A stretch of 64,000 nucleotides of DNA, taken from Enoplolaimus lenunculus (taxonomy: Eukaryota). A program made the position numbers and the translations under genes. Each line of letters begins with the position of its first letter. The first letter of the stretch is position 1. Below are positions 51,925 to 64,000 of the stretch, piece after piece. Location of the stretch: contig JASANG010003582.1 in the NCBI GenBank assembly GCA_030248215.1, positions 62,001 to 126,000 on the forward strand, given 5' to 3'. The notes below the pieces were generated by a model. The model saw nothing but the letters and a program-made list of their open reading frames with translations, ran no database searches and was not told where the DNA came from.

Positions 51925-52580
51925 ATAGGTTGGTTGGTTTGTTGTTCGTTTGTTTGCTCTTTTGTGGGCTTTTTTATTGATTGGTTTATTTTTTATATTT
52001 AGTTTGTTTATTCAGCATATATATTTGTTTCATAGTTTGTTTGTTTGGTTGGTTGGTTGTTTGGTTGGTTGCAAGGTTGGTTGATTGTTCGGTTGGCAAT
52101 CTTCCATATTTTGTGACTTGCATATTTGGTTGCTCATTTCATTATTTGTTTGTTTGTTTGCCTGTTTGTTTAGTTGATTGATTGTTTTGTTTTTATTTCG
52201 TTATTTGCTTGTTTGGTTGTTCATTTGGTTATTTGTTTGTTTGATTGTTTGTTTCTTTATTTACTTTCCATCTGTTAGTTTGGTTGGTTGGTTGTCTGGC
52301 TGTTTGTGTATGTTTGGAAAAGGGGAAAAGTGAAAAATTTAACCGCTTTGGTAGAGAAAATCTCAAGCATAGTTTTTATTTGGAAAACTGGAAAATTTAA
52401 AAGGTATAGGTTTCCTGGATCGGTAGGGAAAGTCTGAAAGTAGATTTTGTTTGGAAAACGGGACAACTGGAAAATTTAAACGCCTATGATTTTTCCTGCG
52501 TTGGTGGGGGAAACTGAACGATAGGTTTTGTTTGGTAAACGGGAAATGCCGGAAATTTAAAACCTATAGGATTCAGGCAC
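51925..52580. repeat. Degenerate (GTTT/GTTG)n microsatellite followed by ~70-80-bp tandem repeats
   Basis: G/T-rich tract to about 52310, then recurring TTTGGAAAAC..GGAAAATTTAAA units. Confidence 0.85.
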
Positions 52581-55057
52581 TTTTCTATTTTCCCTCCACA
52601 ATGGAAAAATTTTCCCCGCCACAATCTTTCATTTATATTAAGGCAAATTGTATAACTTCTCTCTCGGCGATTTAAAATGATGCTAAGCTTGATGACCACC
52701 AAGCTGTTAAAAACTATTTCAGTCATTTTTAGCGGTTTCAGGCTTGGTGGGCTACCGCCCCCCCATCCTGCTTAGTACGGGGGGACTGATATTTATTTGG
52801 CCTCTCCAGAGGGTACCCTCGTTCTTTCGGTTACGGGCTGTTATTTATTTTTAACCCACCCTCTTCCGTCCTTCGTTACTGATATATTCGGTATTGCAAC
52901 TATCCGTTGAATTAAACGTTTTTTGCCATGCATCAAAAGCTTGAGCGATAATGCAAGGTTATACTTTGGATTATTATTTTCAATACTTAAGTACGCTTTA
53001 AGTTTCGAACTCAAACTATTTAGTCCTGGAGATGGACTCTAACTTGGATTTAGGGACTCTATCCGTTTACGCACTCTTATTAGGGATACAGACTCCTATT
53101 GATCGGGACTCAAAATGGGGACCGCCTCCTGTTATTACCCCACCTCCCTCTTATTCGGGTCAATGCAGTAATAGGAAGGATAGCTTGAATCTTACGTGAG
53201 TGTTTTATTGTTCAGCCGGGGTAAGCCTACTATATTAGTTGCAGTATTCTTGCAATGCATACAGTTTCCATAAACAAGCATGGCACTTTGTAAAGCTCAC
53301 CTTTGCTCGATACTAGCAAATATTTCAGAGGTTCGGCGTTATCGATGTTAATCTCCCTATATAGTTTTATTATTCTGAGTGTCTGCGGCAGTAGTGGTAT
53401 GTCACCGAACACACCGTATCCGAAATTGAAAAAATGGGACAAGATTGCCGGATAACCAGCATACTCTGCTGGTTCAATCGTTGGCAGAAAGAATATTATC
53501 AACACAAATATCATTATACCACAAAGCTCATTCGTGTTCAGTGCAAATTGAAATATTAAATTAATCGTTCCATTGAAAGAAAAGATTGCGTGTTTAAATG
53601 GTTTTATAATAACTGTATTAGTATGAACATGTTGTAAAAACTATATGGTCGGAATCACCTTCATCAGAAATCTATATATTAAAGCGGGAATGACCCACAT
53701 ACGTATTTTAGGCAACGTGCAGTAAACAAGTCCGACAGTACGGTATTTTAGATAACTATTACATGTCTCCGCTACATATCGGTCTAATTTGTGCATATAG
53801 GAAGTACATTACTTAATAAGATTCATATTAAAGATTTAGTATACCAGCCGTCCGTCCAGTACATTATGCGAGTTGCAAATTTGTGCAACTATCTTGACTA
53901 GTTATGTTTAAAGCTCCAAACCACGCAGAGGATCAAACCAGTACCTTTTGTGTTCGATCCTAGCTTGTTACCATCCCACCACGCCATCAATTGCCAAAGC
54001 AGCAAATTCTTATTGCGGTATATTTCAATAGCATTCTTTCTAATTATTTGCTGCTGCGAGAATTCCAAAGCTGCTTTGTGACCGAATCCACACGCAATTT
54101 GCGCGTACAAGCTTTTGCTGCGAAAACTTACACGTTTGAATAGGTCTTTTATGTTTCTTTCTAGTAGTAAAAACTGAAACTTACTTGCTAAAGCATCGTC
54201 CACAATACTAAATTTCAAATCCCGCATACCTGTAAAATTTCAAAGTCCATAAAATGAGGAAAATTAAAAACGCTAAACTTTTCCTTTCAACTTTCAAAAG
54301 CATAATCTCAACTTTATTACAGAAACAAAAATTGAAGTGCAATAAATATAGTAATGGAAACTGTGATCTACATTTTATATGCAGTTTATTAAAATTTTAT
54401 ATTCCAACTTCCGTGTCACTTTCTATAACTGAAAACCGGCATTTCCATATTGGGCATTATACACGACTAAAGCTCCACACCACATGTACACACTATATTG
54501 TGGACACAGCATAATGTCCCATTCACACGTGCAAGTTTTTGCAGCGAGAACTCGCAGCTGCCACTTCCACAAAATACTTTCAGCTGCAAGTATTTTCAAA
54601 GGAACATTCCGATTGACCAATCGACTGCAGGTACAAGAAATTCAAGCGACTTGTAAACTCGTTCACAGGTACGAATGTGCAAGTTTTTGCTAGAAAAACT
54701 TACACGTTTGAATAGGGCTTAAGAAACTCAACAAGAAACATGAAGATTGCTTATAATAGTGATATTGTACTGTTCAACAGTATGCAATGTGGTTTTTGTA
54801 CCTATATCCTTTGCAGTTTATCATAGTAAATTTACATCATTTCATACTAAAAATGGTTTTGTTATTAAAATTTTCCAGTGTCGGCGTATCCAATCTAAAG
54901 TTCCTCAGCACACAATATATAGCTAATTGAACAAATAAATACAAAATCTTTATGCGTTGTACGGTACTGTAGTGATCCGAATAAGAGGGGGACTGATATT
55001 TATTTACGCTTCTCCAGAGGGTGCTCCCCTGTTATTCGACTACGGACTGTTATTTAT

Positions 55058-55735
55058 GCGTGGTTCACGTTATAACTGGGGCAGCCTGGAACACGTTTCG
55101 TCCCTATGACTATAGCTGGTAACATTTTGTCTGACCGTTTATCCGCTATGAGATTCTAAAAATTTGAATTGTCTGCTATTATGATGTGACATCTACTGTT
55201 TGTACTGCAATATCATATGATATTCCAAATTATGTCTGCGAGTATCATATGATATGTTTGAAAATGTCTGCATAGTTGTGGTAAACTAGCTTGATTGTCC
55301 TGTGGAATGTCATATGATACTAAAATTTCAAATTTGAATTATTTGTACTTAGGAATATATTTTGGGAAAAACTTAGCGAGAAACAGAAACGTGGAAGCTA
55401 ATTCAACTTGTGAAATCATTTAATGCTGCATTATCCGACTTTTTGCTGTTTTATTTAGCGTGCACAAATTCCATTGTCCTGTATAAATATCATATGATAT
55501 TTAGTAGAATTTTCGAATATCATATGATATTCGCATAAATGTCCCGCAGTATCATATGACAAATGGTTATTTGTACACGATGATCGCTTGACATCAGTGA
55601 TTTGTAAGCCAATGTCATATGACATTCACATTTTGTCTACATAACCGCTATTCGGATCACAAAGTTTTACGTTGACGTCGAATCAACTTGGACAAAACGT
55701 GTTCCAAGCTGACCCAGCTATAACGTGAACGCTGC
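55058..55735. mobile_element. MITE family G abutting a truncated family B element
   Basis: Family B sequence from 54967 stops at ttatttat, where the G TIR begins; flanks ttat/atta. Confidence 0.75.
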
Positions 55736-58235
55736 ATTATTAGCTGGGGGTGCAGCGGGGCGGCAGCCCCCTGAAAAAAATATCATACACCAAAGTCTGT
55801 CTTGCTTAATATCATATCATATATGCTGTTAATAAGGAATATCATATTATATTCACCAATATGTCTGATTGTGGCACGTAACATTCGAGCACTTGTATTT
55901 TGTGATAACCCGTGTACCCGTGCTTTGTATTGCAATATCACATGATATTCGACTATTGTCTGTCCGTATCATATGATGGTAACAAAGATTTATGTTGATG
56001 TCGAATCGACATGTGACAAAACGTGACCCGACTGCCCCAGTTATAAAGTGAACCCCGCAAAAGTCGTGCAAAAGTTTCCTCATAACAAATATTTGCAATT
56101 AATGCTTTTAAAATTGACCAAATTTAACAGAGACCATCAAATTTTATTACTGAAATTGCCAGAACCTCCAGTTAGAAATTCTACCGGAACCGGAGGTCAA
56201 TTTTTTGCCGAACATGGAGCTAGAGGCAGACCTCCGGTTGTGCCATGAAAAGAGGTTATTTGATCGTTTATATCAAGTATCAGTTTTACTATGAAGATTA
56301 ATAAAAATTTTGGCCACTTTTTTCAATAAGAAATAAAACGATAGCGTACAGAGTTTCTTTTAATGAATTCCTTTTGAACAAACTTAGAACTGGTCCGACA
56401 TTTCTAAACAATTAGGTACACTGCAAAATATGGTAAGTCAAATTGAGTTTGTCCGAAATAGACTTTTCCGGACTACCCAAACAGAGTCAAATTCGACTCA
56501 ACCAGAGTCAAATTTGACTCACCGAGCGACTCAGTTAGTCGAATTTGACTCTGACGGTGTCGAATTTTGCCTCAGTTTGTGTAGTCCAGAAAAGCCTATT
56601 TAGGAGAGACTCACGTTGACTCACCATTTTTTGCAATGTGGTCAAAATACAAGCAAAACAGCACGAAAAGTTTTTCACACGAAGCGAACGTGAAACCATG
56701 CGCCATTTTGTATTGTGTTGACGATTTGTAGAAAATATTTTAGGCTTGAAAATCAATTTGCGTCGCGACAACCAGCACAAGGTATTCCTAAAGTTACTGA
56801 TCAAGGAAAAATGGCGAATTATTGCATAGTATAGCAAGTTTTGCCGCATTCTAAAAAGCACAAAACTACTAAAAAGTACAAAGTGGAATTGAAATTTAGA
56901 TCCACCAGGCTGTCGGGATTTGACACAGAGAAATTCAATTTTTTTACTGTTACGAATAGCTTTAAAATTTTTCTTTTGAATAATTAAAACTTTGTTTTTA
57001 TAATCGACATTTTGATGTACAATTGCTTCACATACGCTAAAGCAAACGAGGATGGTTTCCCAATTTGCATTATAGACCGTTCAATTTTTTACCTGGTTAG
57101 TTATATTTATAGTGCCTGTAGGAAATAAATAGTATCCTTATCGTTATTTTGCAGAAATATGTGTTATCGCAAATTTGCATTTTGTCGTGCAAAAATTTTA
57201 GTCTTAAAATTTAAGACATAAATGAAAACAAACTAATTCATCAGCAAATGGTTTATATAAACGATATTTCAAATTAGAATTTTATAACCAAGTGTTTTCT
57301 GGATGACAATCCCTAAAACGTAACACGTCATAAATGTGACTGATTGTTCAACTTTGCGCAATGCGCAAAAGTGTTAGCGAATACGTGATCATCTCTATGT
57401 AAATTTAATAATTTGAACAGTAACGTCTACTAAAGAGTACAACCGGAGGTCTGCTTCTGGCTCCGACTCTGGCAGATAATCGACCTCCGGCTCCGGCTGC
57501 CGCTCCGTAGAATTTCTGCCGGTAGTTCCGGCAATTTCGGTGGTGAAATTTTGCATATTTTTACAAAATTTTTCTTTTTAGCTCATCCGACTTCAACCCC
57601 GGCTCCTGCTTCGGCAAGTTTTGCTGCTGTTTCCGATGTTTTTCACATCCGGTTGTACCCTGCGAAATACGGATGTGAGGTATTCCAGCTTTAGTTATAT
57701 AGATTTGTGTGAAATAGAGTGGCATTTGTGTAAACTTAAAAATAGAGTCAAGCTTAAGATTATAATGTACTAAATCACATTGCTTTTGTTTTCTGTTTAA
57801 GCATTAATTATACATTCATTGCTGTTCCATTCAAAATGTTCCCGCAAATACAATGTTTCAAAATTTACATGGTGTCATAATATGTCAAAAAACCAGGGTG
57901 TAAACATATTGTATACCTAAATAACGGAAATGGAAGACCGACATCGAAGTGTTAAAAGTCTCAAAAAAGTTTTATTTTTCTGCCAACACAATTGAGGCGT
58001 CCAAATATTTACCGGTCATTTAAAATTAAAAAAATGGCTGATGCATCGGAATTTTTAAGATTTTGGAATCGTAATTTTTATTTATTTCATTTTGAACAGT
58101 TGCAGTACATCTGTAACGAAAATTCGTGACTAAAGTCTAAACTAATGTTTGCCTGAGTTAATTACTGAAGAATTTGTTTTAACAAATCTAATTATTTTAG
58201 AGTTTTTTCGAACTTTGTTAAATATTAACTTTACA

Positions 58236-60276
58236 ATGCGCGTTTGTGTCCAAGCTGCTATTTGCCTATTATTGTGCATGGTTTTGTATGCTAAAGCAAA
58301 CGAACAAATGGAACTTGTTCAGGTAAGAAATGTATTTTAAACAGTCGAAGCCTATCATTTAATGTTATATTTTTTGTGGAAAACATCTAAATTCCGTTTA
58401 TCGCTTATTATGCACCGTTCACAACATTGTCAATGGTGGCTCTAAAATTCTCTTATCACATCAAACTATTAGATGGTGTTATTTTGTGAACAGCACGTCT
58501 GCTACGAAGGTGACCGATTTATTAAGTGGCTCATGCAAAAGTGCAACTCTTGGCCGACTGTGGCCTATGAAAATTTTGCATGCTGAGATAAATTTTTTAT
58601 CCAATTACAGAACAGTGAAAATTTCTGTTTTCGTTGTTTAAGCACTGAAAATTGGTTATTTTTCTAATCGTAATCCTATGCGTCATTTTTCGTTTCTGAT
58701 ATTGTTAATTTACAACTGGTCTCTGACAAGAAATGAAACAGCAAAAAAATGATCCCATATCGCGGCCCATGTAAAGATCAGAGCTGGATCGCTTTTCCGC
58801 AGGACTGCAACAGAATAAACTTAAGTTTTAGACTAATGCTTTTGGCTACGCTGAGGCTTACGCTTAGCCGTAGCCATAGGTTTAGCCTTACGCTAACGGT
58901 TAGGCTTAGGAACATAGTATTATCACTGTTTCGCCATGTTCTATTATAGACTATACGACAAGTTAGTTTCAACTATTTTTAATTCAATCAATCTTTGGTA
59001 ATGTATGTGTTATAAGGGTCGTACTGTATCATTCATTATCTTATATGCTGCAGAAGCGACTGTTTTCTTCCGCACCAATGCTGACAGGTAGAAAACGCAA
59101 TTTTGTGCAGACAAAGCGTTATTTTAATCCGGTGTTGGCTGCTGTTGGAAAACGAGTCGCAAAAAAACTAACCGTCGACGCAAGAAGTGGTTCTAAACGT
59201 TCGATCGCACCTGTGCTCGCAAGTTTCGGCAAACGCTCAGGTATGAGCGACGCTAACTTGATTATTGTAGGTTAGATACGTACAGTTTTTTCTGTCTCAA
59301 CAAAGATAAGGGTGATTTCAAGAGCATAATCAAACGAAACAATAGAGGTGCAATATTTTATGCGACAACTTCTTGACGCAAGAAGACACTTTTAACATTA
59401 ATATATGGAGTACAGAGGTGTCAATAATTGTTTTGTGAGATTGTGCTTTCCCAAAGTGACGATGCCTTGGTTACGCTCTCTGTACGTTATAACACTAAAA
59501 CAAAACGGCTTAAATGCTTCTAGAGACTAAATTATGAAACTTTGTGTACTTGAGCATTGGCAGAAAAAGCCCTGTTAACGCATTTATGCAAAATGCATGG
59601 CACAACCGGAGGTTACCTCCGGCTTCGGCTCCGACAGAAAATCGACAACCGGCTTTAGAAGAATTCAGCCATAGGTTCAGACTGTTTCAGTAGTGAAATT
59701 TTTTATATTTTTTACGAAAATTGTACATTTCGGTGCGTTTGGTTTTAACTTTGAGTACAATTCTGAGTAGGAAGTTGTTGTATTATTTTAATAATTAACA
59801 GTCTAAACTTCTCTTTACCTCCGACTCCGATGTGGTAAATGTTGTCTGCCTTTGGGACCACATCGGCTTTGGTATTTTTCACCTCCGGTTGCAGCCTGTC
59901 GGCACCAGGTATTAAAAATGTTTGATAAATGTTATTGCCCAAAATCTATTTCTAACTTAATCTTGACATACACATTTAGCGGAGCTTTTTTAAGCTACAT
60001 ACGGTTAAAATAAGTATAGAGTTATCATTTCTGTATTGAATTATATACTTCACAGTTTAGTTTGCTTAAAGCGTACAATTCGAACGTTGAATAAATTATC
60101 CGCCGACCCGTGATAGCTTATAGTGCTAGGAGGTAAATAATTCCAACAGGACATCGTAGTGTTTTAAATGACTGATAAGCGGGCGGGGCTAAAACCTTGC
60201 TAGATGTTTCTCTAAATTTTCTAAGACTATAATATATTCCATTGTGTTTAATGCTTCAGGAGGTGTTGGTGGTTAA
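58236..60276 (+). CDS. Neuropeptide precursor (96 aa) encoding three predicted amidated nonapeptides
   Basis: Exons 58236-58322 (signal peptide MRVCVQAAICLLLCMVLYAKA), 59054-59240 and 60260-60276 (last exon tentative) are phase-consistent. Sequence: KR-LFSSAPMLT-GRKR, KR-YFNPVLAAV-GKR, KR-SIAPVLASF-GKR. Confidence 0.88.
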
Positions 60277-60346
60277 CGAGATGAAAAGAAAATTAACGTG
60301 AAATTAACACCTGAAACTTGACGGCAACATATTTGACAACTTTATA

Positions 60347-60599
60347 CACTGTATATTCCAATGAGTTAATTAATCAACTCGGATGAAAAGTTAGTAATTT
60401 CTCAGTTAACAACTGAAAATTTTAGCTCACTCTGAGTTTTTGTTGATTCTTACCCTGAGTTGAGTTGATTCCGGGGAAGTTGATTAATTAAATCAGAATG
60501 AGTTGAATCAACTCAGAATTGCGAGTTCTGATAGTCCTAACTCAGACTGATTAATTCAACTCATTCTGAGTTAAAATCAACTCACTAGAATTTACAGTG
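60347..60599. mobile_element. CAC-terminated palindromic MITE family E (CMC/CACTA-like termini)
   Basis: TA|CACTGTAtATTC...GAATTTACAGTG|TA with TGAGTT/AACTCA subrepeats. Relatives at 23779-~24000 and 61277-61525; more distant ones at 56419-56638 and ~12330-12590. Confidence 0.75.
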
Positions 60600-60941
60600 T
60601 AGAAGCACTTTCAATACATTTACACAGTAATACAGAATTTATGTGGATCAGAATTTAGCTGGTGTTATGTGGCCAACTTATAGAAGCAGGTGTCCAGGCT
60701 GCCAATTAAACATACATAGATTGAAAGACTTCAACTTAGGTTTTGTGATAATCCAAAACTTCGACACCAGCGACAATTATACACTTTAATTTTGAAAAAT
60801 CATAACAACAAACGGATACAAAATTTCTTGACTTCATACATAAACTACGTATTACGTAAACTGGAGCTTGTATTCTCGTAAACAACACAAAGATGAGGGC
60901 AATATTCCGCAATAAGCACCTTTTTACAAATACGACATGAA

Positions 60942-61283
60942 TCATTTGATTGGTAGGTTGAATTTCACTGGGTATGGCGGGTTCCATTCACGGCTTGGTT
61001 ACTGTTTTCAAAGTTTAGCCTCGAATTCATTAAAATATATGTATCCGTCGCTGTATCATTTGGTTAGTAGGTTGAATTTCACTGGGTATGGCGGGTTCCA
61101 TTCACGGCTTGGTTACTGTTTTCAAAGTTTAGCCTCGAATTCATTAAAATATATGTATCCGTCGCTGTATCATTTGGTTAGTAGGTTGAATTTCACTGGG
61201 TATGGCGGGTTTCATTCACGGCTTGGTTACTGTTTTCAAAGTTTAGCCTCGAATTCATTAAAATATATGTATCCGTCGCTGTA
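60942..61283. repeat. Tandem repeat, 3 x 114 bp, near-identical
   Basis: Units start at 60942, 61056 and 61170. Confidence 0.95.
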
Positions 61284-62218
61284 AATTCCACTTAGTGCAT
61301 TTCAACTCAGACTGAGTTGAGTCACTCGGTCTGAGTTAGGACTATCAGAACTCATTGTGAGTTTTTATAACTCATTCTGTTTTAATTAATCAACTTTCCC
61401 GGAATTAAATCAACTCAGTATGAGAGTCAACTCAACTCGGAGTGAGTTAAAGTTTCCTGTTATTAACTCAGAAAAAAATAACTTTCTGTCTGAGTTGATT
61501 AATTAACTCATTGAAATTTAGAGTGAAACAAAGCGACGATAAATTTTGAAGACTCGATTTCTTTTTTCAAATTGCTACTTGAATAAACTTTAAGGGTGTA
61601 AGAAGAACGGTTATATTATTGATGCAAAACCAAACAAGTAAACAAAGAAAAGCCAATGTTTTGTATTAAGTATTGACAATTTAGATCTTTTCAAAAAGCA
61701 ACAGGTGCCGTCCATGTTTCGTATTTATGATTGGCTACAAATTAATGTTTTCGAATTTAAGCACTGCGCTTTCACTCATGTTTCATTAAAAAACCTTCTG
61801 AAAGGTACGCAACAACATAAGTGAGCAGCGTGTCTTTGCAGCTACTTTGAACGGCCTTAATTTAGGTTTACATAAAAACGACTTCGAAAGCAAATCAAAT
61901 ATGTTTGCTTTTTCTGTTTTTGTTCAAGTCTGCAGCGGTTCTGAATTTCAAAGACACAAACTGTGTATGCAACCCATACTGTTTAATATGGGTTGCGTCA
62001 GGACTTGTCTACCTCGTCTGCCTGAACCTTTCGGGGTTTCTTGTTTTAAATATGTTGAAAATGTTCGACACCACAAACGACGAATTATCTTTGATGCAAT
62101 GATTTCATTATAACTTAATGTCTTATATTTCTTTGTCTATACCAGTTGGTTTAGACCCAGAAAGTGTACCGTACTTAAGACAAATACTGCACTGTTTAGT
62201 GATATTAAACGTATAGAT

Positions 62219-62407
62219 GGCCCATGTATAGAAAGCGCCGGAACAGTAGTATAAGCATATTCCTAATCCTAAGCCTAAGCGTATGGATGAGTTAATTCCT
62301 AAGCCTAAGCCTAAGCCTAAGCCTAAGCAAAAAAATAGTCTAAAGCTTAAACTGACTCTATTATAGCCCCTCCGGAAAACGATCCGGCCCTGTTCTATAC
62401 ATGGGCC
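62219..62407. mobile_element. MITE family D carrying (GCCTAA)n
   Basis: Same TIR and internal sequence as 28374-28586. Confidence 0.85.
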
Positions 62408-64000
62408 GTATATAGATCGTATTGAGTTTAAAGGTTCCGAAAGTTTAAGGACATGGCCAATTATGGTTTGATATTGTTGATAAATCTACCAGCCGGACGT
62501 GATGCAATTATATACATAAAACAGCACAACCATAATGAGATATACGTGTAAAGCTTAAAAATAACAATATTGTCATAGTTTTCCAAACGCAAATAAAGCT
62601 TAGAGCAAGCTTTGACACTATTCATAACGCGAAAGCCTGTAAGTTGCGCTGCGTGTTAAACTTTTAAATTTGCACAAATGGTAACTTTTGTAATATAACC
62701 GTTTGCCCGATAGGGAATGTTTGGTTTTATTTCCAAAACTTGGCGTTCCCAGCAATCAATTTGTTTTTAAATCACTGTTGTTTGCAGATCTCAATTTCGC
62801 TTAAACGACATGTACTGCGTTTCGTAACTATAAATGATATAAGGCTACTAAAATCTGCCTCAGCAGCTATCGCCAGACGCCTTAAAGAACAGATCATGCT
62901 GACCTGATTTTGATTTCGGTATAGCAACCTGCTTGGAAGCAGTGCGTAAATAAAACAGGATGTAAGCATGTGAGACATGCTTGTTCTGGTGCATATGCAA
63001 CATATGCAATGCACATTGCATATAGCATGCTTGCCGGCACGATACGGTCGACATATAGTCGACGATAGAAGCAGTTGGACATGCGGTCACGTGGCGCAGT
63101 TGTAACAACGTCTGCATGACACGCAGAAAGTCGGTAGTTCGAAATCACCCGCAACCCGCTTTTCCAGCTGCTTAGTTGAAAACGACTGAAGTACGGATAC
63201 TACGCAGACTGAAACACGACATCAAAGCTTCAGTGTAAAATTTTCTTGCCGGCTCTGAACCTGAATACCATGTTTACATTCAAGAGTAGAACATTAGTCT
63301 TGAGTTTATGCTGTATAACGTACAGCAAAACATGAAGCTATTATGAAATTACTTTTCACAATCGACATTGAACAATATATAATCTATTTTAAATTTCACG
63401 TTTATATACTTTAATTTCAGACGACTAAAATTATACATTTTCAATCTTAAAGCCTTTTCTCATGAAAAATATTACCAAAGAGCAGGTGTGCCCCAAAAAA
63501 GTATGCCAGGGGTCGCGGAGTCGAATTGAAATTATTTTTGACAGGTTAAAGTATTGCGTTACTAAATAGTCATTAACAATTGGCCAATTTTATTATATCC
63601 TCCTTTTTCATATAGTTGATTATGTGCAACTGAAAGCAAGGTGTATTCAAAAGGCTTAATATTATAGGCGTTTAAATACATACTTATGTCTATCTCACGT
63701 CACAATGTGTGCCCTAAGCCCATGCAACGTACCTACTGTTTTAAATAAACGGTGTAAATGTCCGCGGGGTTTGCAAAAAGTAATTCCTAACTAACTGCTT
63801 TAATACAAACTGGTTGACAATTATTTGCTGTCGACACCGGTGTAACGGGTGAAACATAAAATTCCCCAATGGTACGCAAATTTCGCAAATTTTGCAACAA
63901 ATTCAAACTGTGATGGTAATTCATGTTTTGGCGTGAAATTCCAATTTCGGCGAAAATGTTTTGTTTTTGTCGAAAATATTCAAATTTTTGCGGCGATATT

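Larger units (their letters stand above)
46987..53514 (-). pseudogene. NIDO-domain-like secreted protein gene, probably disrupted
   Basis: Exon 53514-53301 (signal peptide; FNFG..GD; YLLVSSKG). Exon 51624-51484 (FIIAPLWMNF). Exon starting at about 51178 with in-frame TGA at 51092-51090 and 51011-51009 (IET*NQV). Exon 48502-48093 (MTVQLAICYSQSFTFAMFYY). Two degenerate exons ending CxPGRFYSWHLxxCxK|GT at 47463 and 46987. Motif order matches my recollection of the NIDO consensus. Confidence 0.65.

Noticed and set aside
53898..54227. 109-aa minus-strand ORF as an upstream exon of the NIDO-like gene
   Set aside because: It overlaps a repeat end (CTTACACGTTTGAATAGG, also near 54700), and the NIDO-like gene already has its own signal-peptide start.
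60937..61284. 115-aa ORF of 38-aa repeats
   Set aside because: It coincides exactly with a near-identical DNA triplication and has no splice or signal support.
61842..62113. Possible exon (overlapping 88-aa and 65-aa ORFs)
   Set aside because: No recognisable motif or phase-linked partner exon.

Overview
AT-rich, intron-containing animal genomic DNA. A nematode or close relative is inferred from TTTCAG-type acceptors, abundant TTAGGC repeats and the peptide style. Genes were reconstructed by hand from splice sites and reading-frame phase. (1) A complete 10-exon Cys-loop ligand-gated anion channel subunit (+, 19787-34310, about 656 aa). (2) A two-exon orphan secreted-looking Cys-rich protein (+, 39573-41563). 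(3) A 168-aa single ORF of unknown function (+, 44316-44822). (4) A NIDO-domain-like secreted-protein gene on the minus strand (53514 to about 46987) whose exons 3, 5 and 6 carry stops or frameshifts, so it is a probable pseudogene. (5) A three-exon, 96-aa amidated-neuropeptide precursor (+, 58236-60276). The rest is dense with non-autonomous DNA elements: hAT-like, TA-target, piggyBac-like, CAC-terminated, Helentron-like and telomere-repeat-bearing MITEs, plus minisatellites and one probable assembly artefact. No transposase ORF, rRNA, intact tRNA or CRISPR array was found. No database searches were run, so family assignments rest on motif recognition.
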